Shown here piece by piece: positions 8,969 through 17,570 of a stretch of 64,000 nucleotides of DNA (positions within the stretch are counted from its first letter, which is position 1; each line of letters opens with the position of its first letter). This DNA comes from an uncultured Candidatus Saccharibacteria bacterium (GTDB lineage Bacteria > Patescibacteriota > Doudnabacteria > UBA920): positions 3,847 through 67,846 of the forward strand of contig CAYYQK010000005.1 in NCBI GenBank assembly GCA_964473815.1, in the 5' to 3' direction. Both the position numbers and the translations under genes were made by a program. Below the pieces are notes generated by a model, which ran no database searches, was not told the DNA's origin, and saw only the letters and a list, made by a program, of their open reading frames with translations.

Positions 8969-9994
8969 TTAACGGATGACCCGACTGTCATTTGGCACCA
9001 GCACAGGCAAGCCGGGATGATTCTTTAAGACCAAAAGGTCATTGGCATTGGCCGGAACCAGGTACTGAGCCAAACCGCCGTTGCTTAAGAAGATGTCCCA
9101 GCTTGGCACGCCAATCAGTCCCTGGGAGCCGATGTAATAAACTGTCCCTCTGTTTATTACCCAGGAACTCCAGGGGTGGGACTGGGTCGGTGAAGATAGA
9201 AAGTAACTGTCGGCTAAACGGTAACCGGGTAAGTTATCGGAAATAACATTATCTAGTTTATATCCTAATCCGACAAACGCTGGCCAGGAAGTAAAGCCCA
9301 CGGCCACGTACGGTTCAGTAATTAAGTAAATGGTTCCCTGGTAATTAACCAAAGTGCTGGGCGGATAAGAAGGAGGCATAGTCAGCGGTGCTTGCAAGCC
9401 GGGCGGGTTCGCCGGTGGCGGGACATTGGGTTGGCTTGACGGCGGAATGTAACTCCCACCACTGCCTCCACTACCTCCGGTGCCGCCGGAAGCAGGCCGC
9501 CACGTTGTGATAACTTTATAATCCACAGTGCCGCAGGAAGCAGTATCCGCACAGTTAAAAACAATCCAGCCCACGTTTTCGCCGTAAGCCGCGCCGTGGA
9601 ACACACCGCTGCTGTCTATGGTCACGCCAGCTCCAGCAGGGTTAAAGTGAAGCCAGCCCACGTTTTCGCCGTAGGCATAGCCGGCAAGCGTGCCATTAGT
9701 GTTAGACACCTTATAATCCACAGTGCCGCAGGAGGAAGTATTGGCACAATTCAGCGAAAGCCAGCCCACGTTTTCGCCGTAGGCATAGCCTGTCAAGGCT
9801 GAATCGGTTACGGTAACGTTGCCGGCCGAGATGCCGAAGTCCAGCCAACCGATATTTTCACCGTAAGCGTAACGGTTGGCAGGCTCAATAGTGCCTGTAG
9901 AGGCATGGACGCTGGGTGGGGCGAAAAACAATGCGATCGTTAAAGCAGCAATAATCGCAGCGTATACCTGCCGTTTATAGTAGTATAATTTCAT
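8969..9994 (-). CDS. Secreted surface protein with four (Y/A)AYGEN(I/V)GW repeats, a Gly/Pro linker and a C-terminal repeat domain
   Basis: Signal peptide ending SVHA; repeats visible at protein and DNA level (ccagcccacgttttcgccgta three times). Confidence 0.8.
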   Translation of the reverse strand: MKLYYYKRQVYAAIIAALTIALFFAPPSVHASTGTIEPANRYAYGENIGWLDFGISAGNVTVTDSALTGYAYGENVGWLSLNCANTSSCGTVDYKVSNTNGTLAGYAYGENVGWLHFNPAGAGVTIDSSGVFHGAAYGENVGWIVFNCADTASCGTVDYKVITTWRPASGGTGGSGGSGGSYIPPSSQPNVPPPANPPGLQAPLTMPPSYPPSTLVNYQGTIYLITEPYVAVGFTSWPAFVGLGYKLDNVISDNLPGYRLADSYFLSSPTQSHPWSSWVINRGTVYYIGSQGLIGVPSWDIFLSNGGLAQYLVPANANDLLVLKNHPGLPVLVPNDSRVIR

Positions 9995-10023
9995 TTGGTT
10001 TCTAGGTTATTGACTTTGCACTT

Positions 10024-10052
10024 ATTATATCACCCCCCCCCTTGATTTACAA
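10024..10052 (-). promoter_or_regulatory. Sigma70 promoter of the DGR operon, TTGTAA-N17-TATAAT with extended TG and a G9 tract in the spacer
   Basis: -35 at 10047-10052, G9 at 10033-10041, TGa-TATAAT with -10 at 10024-10029, about 30 nt upstream of ATG 9994. Confidence 0.75.
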
Positions 10053-10559
10053 GAAACTAGCCTAAAAACAGGCCTTTCTGTAGTATCCAAACTTATGTTC
10101 TATTCAATTGACAAGTGCCTGTTAAAATATGTCGCTAAAGATACTCATGATTACAAAATACTTCCCATATCTTGGTTAATTAATCACGCAGCAATGAAGT
10201 TTTCTAGGTTTTCGCTCATTATATAAATAATGTAGCAAGGATAGCCAAAAATTTAAAAAATCAGCATCGAAGTACTGATACTTTTTAATAGTCGTATTAA
10301 CTGGACTTTATTTCTGTTTTGTATTCTTCTCCCATCTTTCTTTGGACTTTTGGTCTTGGTTTTGGTATTTAGTTTTGGGGTTTGTAGTTTTGGAATTAGT
10401 TCTTTTGGTGGTCTTTGGGTTTTAAGAGTGGTGTTGGTTTTTTTAGTTAGATATGTTGACCTTGTAGTACGGTGTCGTTCAGTGGATTCTCTGGTGAGAG
10501 TAATAGTCAACGGATTGGCTATTAACTTTGAGCAGTAAAACCAATGGTTTTAGCTTCTC

Positions 10560-10587
10560 AACTAGTTGAACCCTAGTTCAACTAGTT
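10560..10587. repeat. Perfect 12-bp inverted repeat AACTAGTTGAAC-ccta-GTTCAACTAGTT
   Basis: Read directly from the sequence. Confidence 0.7.
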
Positions 10588-10717
10588 CTTCCACCAGTTC
10601 CTCATACACTGAACACCTCCATCATATCTCAAAAATAACCTTTGTCAAGCGGGAATTTCGGAATGTGGGTATGGCAGGAGTTAAACCTCTTTCCCAGCTT
10701 GACGGATATACAGGGTT

Positions 10718-11467
10718 TTAGTAAAGTTCAGGGTTGCCCACCAGTAAAACACCCTTATTTATGAGGTGTTTTTTTATTAAGCGGGTCTGTGTTCTTAATG
10801 GTAATATTTTAGTCAAAAAAAGGCGTCTCTTTAATGGATCGCCATGGCAAATCACTCCAAAGTTTGGAGATTTTACCGCTTGAATTACCTTGAAAGATTT
10901 ATCGAGCGATAAATACTCACGACCATTAATGATGACTGGCTTGGCCCAGAAATGGGCAAGCTTTTCACCAAAATAATCATTCTCGTACAAAGCTGAAGCA
11001 ACTCGTTCGTGACGGCTTGGTAAATAACGCGGGCAAGCAACCGGATCAAAGTCGTGCCTTGATTTCTCCCACATTGCCTGAAAAGTTTCAGTAACACTAT
11101 TCCACACATTCATCAGAATGGAGTATGGAATGTCACCGTTAAGTATTAAGGAATGCAAATTATGCAATCCCCGACACTCGGAAATCATAACCTCATAACC
11201 ATCCACTGTTTCTTCCCATAGCACTTTAGGCAAGTGTTCCTCTATATAAGGAGAGAGCTGAGCCTTTCGGACAGCCTCTTCTTTCAGTGAAATTCTGGAT
11301 TTGTCCACGCATTTCACAGCATAAAGAAAAAAAGTGCCAGGGTGCCGAAAGATCGACACCCGGGCACCAGAACTACCAGGATATGACATAAGGATTAAGT
11401 CGAGGTCAGAGTCTTCTTGCAGCATCAGCTTAACTGCCTTGCTGGCTACTCGAACAATCTCTAGCAT
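10718..11467 (-). pseudogene. Probably 3'-truncated aminoglycoside-phosphotransferase/kinase-like gene
   Basis: YAVK and ICHGDP (Brenner-type motif start); after about 10834 the tail lacks the expected N and DxE/DFE motifs and runs through a terminator-like hairpin. Confidence 0.5.
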
Positions 11468-11489
11468 ACTACCTCCCTGACTTACTCGG

Positions 11490-12500
11490 TTAGAAGTAAT
11501 CGATGCGCATCGCGGCCTTAACTTCCGAAAGGGTTTGCTGAGCCACTTTTTCTGCAGCTGCAGTACCTTTCTTCAGCATAGCCATGACCTCACCGGGATC
11601 CTTGGCAAATTCTTCCCGCTTTTTACGAATCGGGTCGAGCTCTGCCATAAGAATTTCCAGCAATCTTTTCTTAACGGTCACGTCTCCGAGACCACCACGC
11701 TGATAATGCGCCTTGAGCTCTGTCACCTCATCGGTATTAGAGTCAAAAGCATCCAGATATGAAAACACCGTATTCCCTTTCAAGGAACCAGGATCTTCAA
11801 CTCGGATATGGTTTGGATCTGTGTACATTGACATGACCTTCTTCTTCAACTCATCGGGACCCTCGGATAAATAAATGGCATTCCCTAATGACTTGCCCAT
11901 CTTTGCCTTTCCGTCGATACCAGATAGACGAGTTACATCCGAAAGTAGAGATGTCGGTTTAACCAATACCTCGGTCTTGTAAGTGCGGTTAAAAGTCTGA
12001 ACGATTTCGCGGGTTTGTTCCAGCATTGGTAGCTGGTCCTCGCCCACAGGAACCAAGTCAGCTTTAAATGCTGTAATATCAGCGGCTTGACTGACAGGGT
12101 AACAGAGGAATCCAGCAGGGATACTAGCTCCGAACTCCTTTTGCTTTATCTCTTCTTTCACTGTAGGATTGCGTTGCAACCGAGCGACAGTTACGAGATT
12201 AAGATAGTACATTGTCAGCTCCGATAATTGCGGGATCAACGATTGAATAAAGATCGTGCTCTTCGTAGGATCAATGCCAACCGCCAAATAATCCAACGCG
12301 ACATCCAAAATACTCTTCCGGACTTTATCCGGATTAGAGAAATTGTCAGTCAACGCTTGAACATCGGCGATCATGACAAACTGTTTGTGGTCTTCTTGAA
12401 GCTCAACTCGCTTTTTAAGCGAGCCGAGAAAATGGCCAAGATGAAGCGCTCCTGTAGGGCGATCACCGGTTAATACAACTTTTCGCTTGGTATTTTTCAT
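11490..12500 (-). CDS. trpS: Tryptophan--tRNA ligase
   Basis: [13 protein letters not shown] (HIGH), [21 protein letters not shown] (KMSKS). Confidence 0.97.
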   Translation of the reverse strand: MKNTKRKVVLTGDRPTGALHLGHFLGSLKKRVELQEDHKQFVMIADVQALTDNFSNPDKVRKSILDVALDYLAVGIDPTKSTIFIQSLIPQLSELTMYYLNLVTVARLQRNPTVKEEIKQKEFGASIPAGFLCYPVSQAADITAFKADLVPVGEDQLPMLEQTREIVQTFNRTYKTEVLVKPTSLLSDVTRLSGIDGKAKMGKSLGNAIYLSEGPDELKKKVMSMYTDPNHIRVEDPGSLKGNTVFSYLDAFDSNTDEVTELKAHYQRGGLGDVTVKKRLLEILMAELDPIRKKREEFAKDPGEVMAMLKKGTAAAEKVAQQTLSEVKAAMRIDYF

Positions 12501-12896
12501 TTCTATATTCTCCCTACAGGATAACTATTTTAGAGCTGCACTGTCAAAATCTAACACCTTAGAATTCTGGATATCCCCCTTGGAATTAGCAAAGTGCAAT
12601 TGTAAAACAAGATATGTTTTACCTAATATTAAATCACAAACCAAACTTCTTGTAAACCCCCTAAACTGCACTCAAAGACATAATTTAAGGCCCTCTTCTT
12701 GCCGTATCGCTCCCTTTAGGCTATATTATGAAGTCTCCGAAATAACAGGATACCACCGCAAAATATAGTCCTTAATAGGTTCCAAGTTTTTTGAGATCAT
12801 GTCCCCCAAAAAATAAATACCATTTTTGTATCTTTGCTTCAAGGATGTAGAAGTGGTATTTATTTTAGAAACAAACCAGATACGGAGGATCAGTTA

Positions 12897-13427
12897 ATGT
12901 TTAAAAAAGTTTCCGTGTTGCTGATTTTAGTAACACTCTTTACGGGAGCGGTAGCAGCGGCTCCTACCGCTCTAACTGCAGCTATGAACCGAGCTGACCA
13001 AGCTGTTCAGCTCGTTAAAGTTAATCATGATCATTTGACCCTCAGCAATCAACAGCTCGCTGAGACAGTCAAGACATTTCCGTCGAGCAAGAAATTACTA
13101 CGAGCGATACTTGCCCGAAATTACTTTGACTCAACCGAATTCGGTTCGAGCAAAGAGTTAGCCGATAAGGCGATGACTGATCTGGGTCGCATGATTGAAG
13201 GATGCGGGTTCAATGGAACGGTCTGGTTCCTAAGAGAACCAACTTCCAACGGTTATACCTCGCTCGATCACCCTAACGTTTCATTTTGCTCTTCCGTTAA
13301 AACTGGCGAATTAGGCGAAGCTAACAAACTGCGCTCCAAGCTGGTTAGCGAGATGAAAGAAATGACAGTGCCCGAAAATTTTGCAAACAATATCAATGAA
13401 GGAATTCGGCTGTCAGCCTATCGGTAA
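12897..13427 (+). CDS. Hypothetical secreted protein
   Basis: RBS ggagg before ATG 12897; signal peptide MFKKVSVLLILVTLFTGAVAA. Confidence 0.7.
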   Translation: MFKKVSVLLILVTLFTGAVAAAPTALTAAMNRADQAVQLVKVNHDHLTLSNQQLAETVKTFPSSKKLLRAILARNYFDSTEFGSSKELADKAMTDLGRMIEGCGFNGTVWFLREPTSNGYTSLDHPNVSFCSSVKTGELGEANKLRSKLVSEMKEMTVPENFANNINEGIRLSAYR

Positions 13428-13500
13428 GGAAACCGATCGAACGCCGTCTTTTGGCCCAGAGATAATATCAACGGGTCTTTTTTTATTGTCTATTAATGGC

Positions 13501-13529
13501 TTGACTATACCATACTTATGTGGTATAAT
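13501..13529 (+). promoter_or_regulatory. Sigma70 promoter TTGACT-N17-TATAAT with extended -10
   Basis: Near-consensus boxes at 13501-13506 and 13524-13529; RBS aaggag upstream of 13570. Confidence 0.75.
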
Positions 13530-13569
13530 ATAGCAAATAAATTTCAATTTAAAGGAGACCTTATAAACT

Positions 13570-14370
13570 ATGGAAAAAACATCCAATAGCGCTTCATTGA
13601 GTGTATCTGTTCAAAATGAACTCACGATCACCTCCCCCGAGCTCTTAATAGGAGCGAAAGATATGGGTTACCGCCCTGAACTTCTTCTCAAAAGGATTCA
13701 GGAGCATCTCCCCAATCCGGTTGAGGCTCGCCTCTATCTCGCGACAGGAGCCAAACTCCGGCATAGACCGAGCACCTTCAGTACCTTATTGAGAGAGTTG
13801 CTGGGTGGAGATGAAATCCACGAGGCAGACTTACTCGCTCGGTACGAAAACAGCGCGCGCAAGTTCGACAAACTGTTGTCGGATTTAGAGATAGCTTTTA
13901 CCCTAATCCTGCGCGCTCCGATTGACTACAACGGATTGAGAATTGGCGCCCAAACCGCGGCTCGGCTGGTCATTGCATACAGCGATGAAACCGATTCCTT
14001 TTTGGCATCAATAGTCGAAAACATCCCGGATATCGGAGATCTTTTTGGCTACAAACCAATTCCCTCCTACAGGACGAGCAGGTATCGGGACGACAGCTAC
14101 GTGTTTTACCCGGCAGAGAAAATTACCGGGCACGCTTTGGGATTCTGGGGACAAGTGATTTACCCTGAATTCGTAAAAGAAGGCCGACCCTACCCGACCG
14201 AGTTTCTCGATTACTTCGACGACAACGAACAGTATCGCCACGAAGCTTTCGCCTCCATGCAGGATGTCGAAAGATATGTTGACGATGAGGAACTAATTCC
14301 GTCGGAACTGAAAACGGTGGGCGGCTATTTCAAACTCGGTCAACCGAGCAAACCCAACTCTGGAGGATAA
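13570..14370 (+). CDS. Hypothetical protein
   Basis: 266 aa ORF with promoter and RBS. Confidence 0.7.
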   Translation: MEKTSNSASLSVSVQNELTITSPELLIGAKDMGYRPELLLKRIQEHLPNPVEARLYLATGAKLRHRPSTFSTLLRELLGGDEIHEADLLARYENSARKFDKLLSDLEIAFTLILRAPIDYNGLRIGAQTAARLVIAYSDETDSFLASIVENIPDIGDLFGYKPIPSYRTSRYRDDSYVFYPAEKITGHALGFWGQVIYPEFVKEGRPYPTEFLDYFDDNEQYRHEAFASMQDVERYVDDEELIPSELKTVGGYFKLGQPSKPNSGG

Positions 14371-14372
14371 CG

Positions 14373-15701
14373 ATGAGCGTTTTTAACACAGAGGATTTGA
14401 TGAAAGCCATGTTAGGTGATCAAAAGAATCCTCTTCGGACCATCGGGTTCAGCAGTGAGCTCCTCCGTTTGGGTTTGAGTGAAGACGAATTGTGGGGATT
14501 TGCAAAAAAGGTCGCTCGCGATCTAACTGCAATCCTTCACCCTGACGCTAATAACTCGGACGAACGGGAAGCAGCTGTTGAAATTACCACAGCATTTCAG
14601 TCCCTAAAAGACAGAAATACTTTCCTGCGATCACTACGGGAATTTAAACACACTTACAACGAGGATCGTTCTAACGAAAACTTGAAAAAGCGTTCGCATG
14701 ATGCACAGCAAACCCGCGTTGACGAGCTGTCGAGGAAACTAAGAAAGGCTAGCGAGGTAAACGAAAACCTCTCAAGGGAAATTGGGAACTTGAGAGGGAA
14801 ACTAATAACCAAAACAGGCTCTGACATAGTTTTGCTTACCAATCCCAAGGATATGTCCCGCAAGCCGTTGCAACAAATTCGTATGCTCCGGCAAGCGCGA
14901 TTGGCGATCGCCATGTTCGTGCACGTTGCTACGTGGCAAGGCGTACCGGAAAGCCCGGAACGGTTAGAGGAGATCTTGAATAAGTATCAACTTGACCGAA
15001 AACGGGCTCTGAAGCAAATTGCTAACTTCAACGAAACGCACAAATCCAAGCGCATACTTGGGGGCGTGAAGGGTGACTTAATGTCTGGACACGTTGAACA
15101 AGCCCACCATGATTTAATGAAAGGTGGATTTGCTTCCAAAGTGTTCCAAGAGATGGTCCAAGAAGCGAACAAGCAACCGATACCAACTCTGAACTGGGAC
15201 TTTAATCGCTGCTTGCAGCAGTACAGCATCGCGAAAGGCGGTACTTACAAACGCCCGGTTCCAGATCCGACAGAAGTGCTGCAGAAAAGTTGCTTTGATT
15301 TTGACACCATCAAGCAGGTGTACAAGTCGCAGTTCGAGCAAGTTACTAATTTTCTCAGTCCTCACCTGGACCGCATTTCTGAAGTTTACATCCATCCTGA
15401 AGTCATAGACCTCACAGGTGGTATGCTGAATGATAATGTGGTAGTCGGGAGCGCGTTTCTGGGTGACAGCAATGTAGACCTCGGGGATAACCGTGCGATA
15501 TTTAACCTCGGTTCATTCCCCCTCGATCTATCTCGCCGTTACCTTTGCGAAGGCGGCCTGGTCGCGGTTGCTAATCCCATAAAGATAGGTATTGTTGGAC
15601 AAACATCTGCTGAGCGTGCAGCGCAGGTATCAGTTAAGCTGGCGAACAAAATCACCAGCTCGAACATGTATAGCTCGCGCATTCTAATAGAGTTTCTCTA
15701 A
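14373..15701 (+). CDS. Hypothetical protein with a degenerate J-domain-like segment (HPD) and a coiled coil
   Basis: ARDLTAILHPDANN...EITTAFQSL resembles J-domain helices II-III; RBS ggagg. Confidence 0.55.
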   Translation: MSVFNTEDLMKAMLGDQKNPLRTIGFSSELLRLGLSEDELWGFAKKVARDLTAILHPDANNSDEREAAVEITTAFQSLKDRNTFLRSLREFKHTYNEDRSNENLKKRSHDAQQTRVDELSRKLRKASEVNENLSREIGNLRGKLITKTGSDIVLLTNPKDMSRKPLQQIRMLRQARLAIAMFVHVATWQGVPESPERLEEILNKYQLDRKRALKQIANFNETHKSKRILGGVKGDLMSGHVEQAHHDLMKGGFASKVFQEMVQEANKQPIPTLNWDFNRCLQQYSIAKGGTYKRPVPDPTEVLQKSCFDFDTIKQVYKSQFEQVTNFLSPHLDRISEVYIHPEVIDLTGGMLNDNVVVGSAFLGDSNVDLGDNRAIFNLGSFPLDLSRRYLCEGGLVAVANPIKIGIVGQTSAERAAQVSVKLANKITSSNMYSSRILIEFL

Positions 15702-15725
15702 GAGATTCTGATTTATTCCATATTC

Positions 15726-15760
15726 AAGGCCCGTCGTTCAAATGACGGGTCTTTTTTATT
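15726..15760 (+). terminator. Rho-independent terminator
   Basis: aaggcccgtcg-ttcaaa-tgacgggtctt followed by a T run. Confidence 0.7.
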
Positions 15761-15839
15761 TCCCAAATTTTAATTCCTTTACACTGAAAGCATTTAAATA
15801 TAGACTGATTGCAAGTTCCATAAGGAGGAAACTTTCAAA

Positions 15840-17438
15840 ATGAAACCAAAAACATTGGAGGTGGTCTTAGTAAAGCCTTCAAAATACCTGCCCAACGGCT
15901 TCGTCGAGCGGTATAGACGGGGCTTTCTACCAAACATAACGCCATATCATATAGAGAGTTTGACTCCGAAAATGATTGGTGACACCAAAGTCAGAACCCG
16001 GATCGTCGACGAATACACTGCTCCGGATCTCAATTACTTTCGTCTCTTGCAAGCACCGTACGAACGCGATGTTGAACGTTTGGTTGCTTTTGTGGGAACG
16101 CAAAGTCATCAGTTTCCAAGAGCCGCAGATCTTGCTGCTCTCGCAGCCAAAAACGGCGTTAAAGCTGTCATCGGCGGTCCGCATCCAATGACCTGTAACA
16201 CAGAGGCACACCAAGGCAAAGGCGTGAGTTTTGCCCTTGCTGAAGGTGAACTTGTGTGGGGTCAGATTCTAGCCGACGCAATCAATGGCGAACTACAACC
16301 AGTTTACGGTAAGGATCAACGGTGGCAACACGAGCTTGAATCGACCGTAGTGAAACCGCCTCCGCCACATGTTTTGGATCGTTCTTTGGTTCGCATGCAC
16401 GGCGCATATCCAGCCCGAGGCTGCCCTTTCAAATGCACTTACTGCTCAGTGACCCAAATCTCTGGGCATGTTGTCAGGAAGCAAAGCGTCGAAGCGACAA
16501 TGGCCAGTTTGCATCTCGCGAAGAAGGCCAAAATCCAACTGATCGTTTTTGGTTCTGATAACTTCAACAAATTCGAAGATGCTGTTGAGTTACTGCATGC
16601 GATGATCGAGGAAAAAATTAACATCCCGTTCTTTGTCCAATGCGATACCCAAATCGCGGATGATGAAGAATTGGTCGAGTTGCTTGGCCGAGCGGGATGC
16701 GAATTTATCTTCGTGGGCGTGGAAAGTTTTGATGTTGCGACCCTTCAGGCCGCGAAAAAAACGCAAAACAAACCAGAAAAGTACGCGAAGATTATTGAGT
16801 ACTGCCGGAAATACGGCATCGCCTCAACCTTCTCGAACATCATCGGGTTTCCCAATGACACCGTAGAAAGTGTCAAAGGCCATATTCGCCTGGTCACAGA
16901 GATGGCTCCGGGAATGGCTTGGTTTTACATCCTCACGCCGATCCCGGGAACCAGGGATTACGAACAATTCCTGCGCGACGGATTGATAACGGAAAAAAAT
17001 CTCGATCGGTTCGACTGCACTGTGCCGGTTTGGAATCATCCGAATCTATCTCACCAACAACTCCTCGACCTTCAGTTTGGTGCGTATCAGGAATTTTACG
17101 GAATTCGAAATTCGTTCAAGCGCGTAATGAACGAGTGGTGGAATAAGCATCTTTCTGGAACGCAAAGCTATCGTCTGCTGGGCTTCAATCAGCTGATGAA
17201 TATGGCTGCCGCTCGTCAAAGACATCCCATGTCTGGCGGGGTTGGTCGACGGAATCTCGACAGGAATGTCGACTTTGCCCACATTCGCAGATCGACTTAC
17301 GGATACGATCTGTTGCCCCTTCCGGACCGATTAGAAGTACCGGAAAAAGATCAGGCCTTCACGCAAATTCACTTGTCAGGATCTTTAAAGAACCTCAAGA
17401 AAAAGCGCGAAGAGCAAAACCTAAAAATTGCGGCCTAA
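15840..17438 (+). CDS. Radical SAM protein with an N-terminal B12-binding-like domain
   Basis: RGCPFKCTYC (CxxxCxxC), IGGPHP, GEL, GVES, IIGFP and TPIPGT motifs. Confidence 0.9.
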   Translation: MKPKTLEVVLVKPSKYLPNGFVERYRRGFLPNITPYHIESLTPKMIGDTKVRTRIVDEYTAPDLNYFRLLQAPYERDVERLVAFVGTQSHQFPRAADLAALAAKNGVKAVIGGPHPMTCNTEAHQGKGVSFALAEGELVWGQILADAINGELQPVYGKDQRWQHELESTVVKPPPPHVLDRSLVRMHGAYPARGCPFKCTYCSVTQISGHVVRKQSVEATMASLHLAKKAKIQLIVFGSDNFNKFEDAVELLHAMIEEKINIPFFVQCDTQIADDEELVELLGRAGCEFIFVGVESFDVATLQAAKKTQNKPEKYAKIIEYCRKYGIASTFSNIIGFPNDTVESVKGHIRLVTEMAPGMAWFYILTPIPGTRDYEQFLRDGLITEKNLDRFDCTVPVWNHPNLSHQQLLDLQFGAYQEFYGIRNSFKRVMNEWWNKHLSGTQSYRLLGFNQLMNMAAARQRHPMSGGVGRRNLDRNVDFAHIRRSTYGYDLLPLPDRLEVPEKDQAFTQIHLSGSLKNLKKKREEQNLKIAA

Positions 17439-17570
17439 GAATCCGCATTGTTATAACCATGAGCCGCTCCACGAGTCGGCTCCTTTTTTATACATAGTTA
17501 AAGCCCGCCGCTACTTCAAGCGACGGGCCTTATTTTTTTATTTAAGTTTTAGAAAATTTTATTTTCTAAA

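Larger units (their letters stand above)
6080..10052 (-). mobile_element. Diversity-generating retroelement (promoter, repeat surface gene, target/VR, avd, TR, RT)
   Basis: RT, Avd and a TR/VR pair with adenine-only mismatches, all on the same strand. Confidence 0.97.

Noticed and set aside
9510-9870. Near-identical 20-30 nt direct repeats resembling a CRISPR array or second TR/VR
   Set aside because: They are in-frame coding repeats of the AYGENVGW motif, with irregular spacing and no adenine-specific pattern.
12500-12830. T-box leader upstream of trpS
   Set aside because: No T-box consensus or antiterminator was recognisable.
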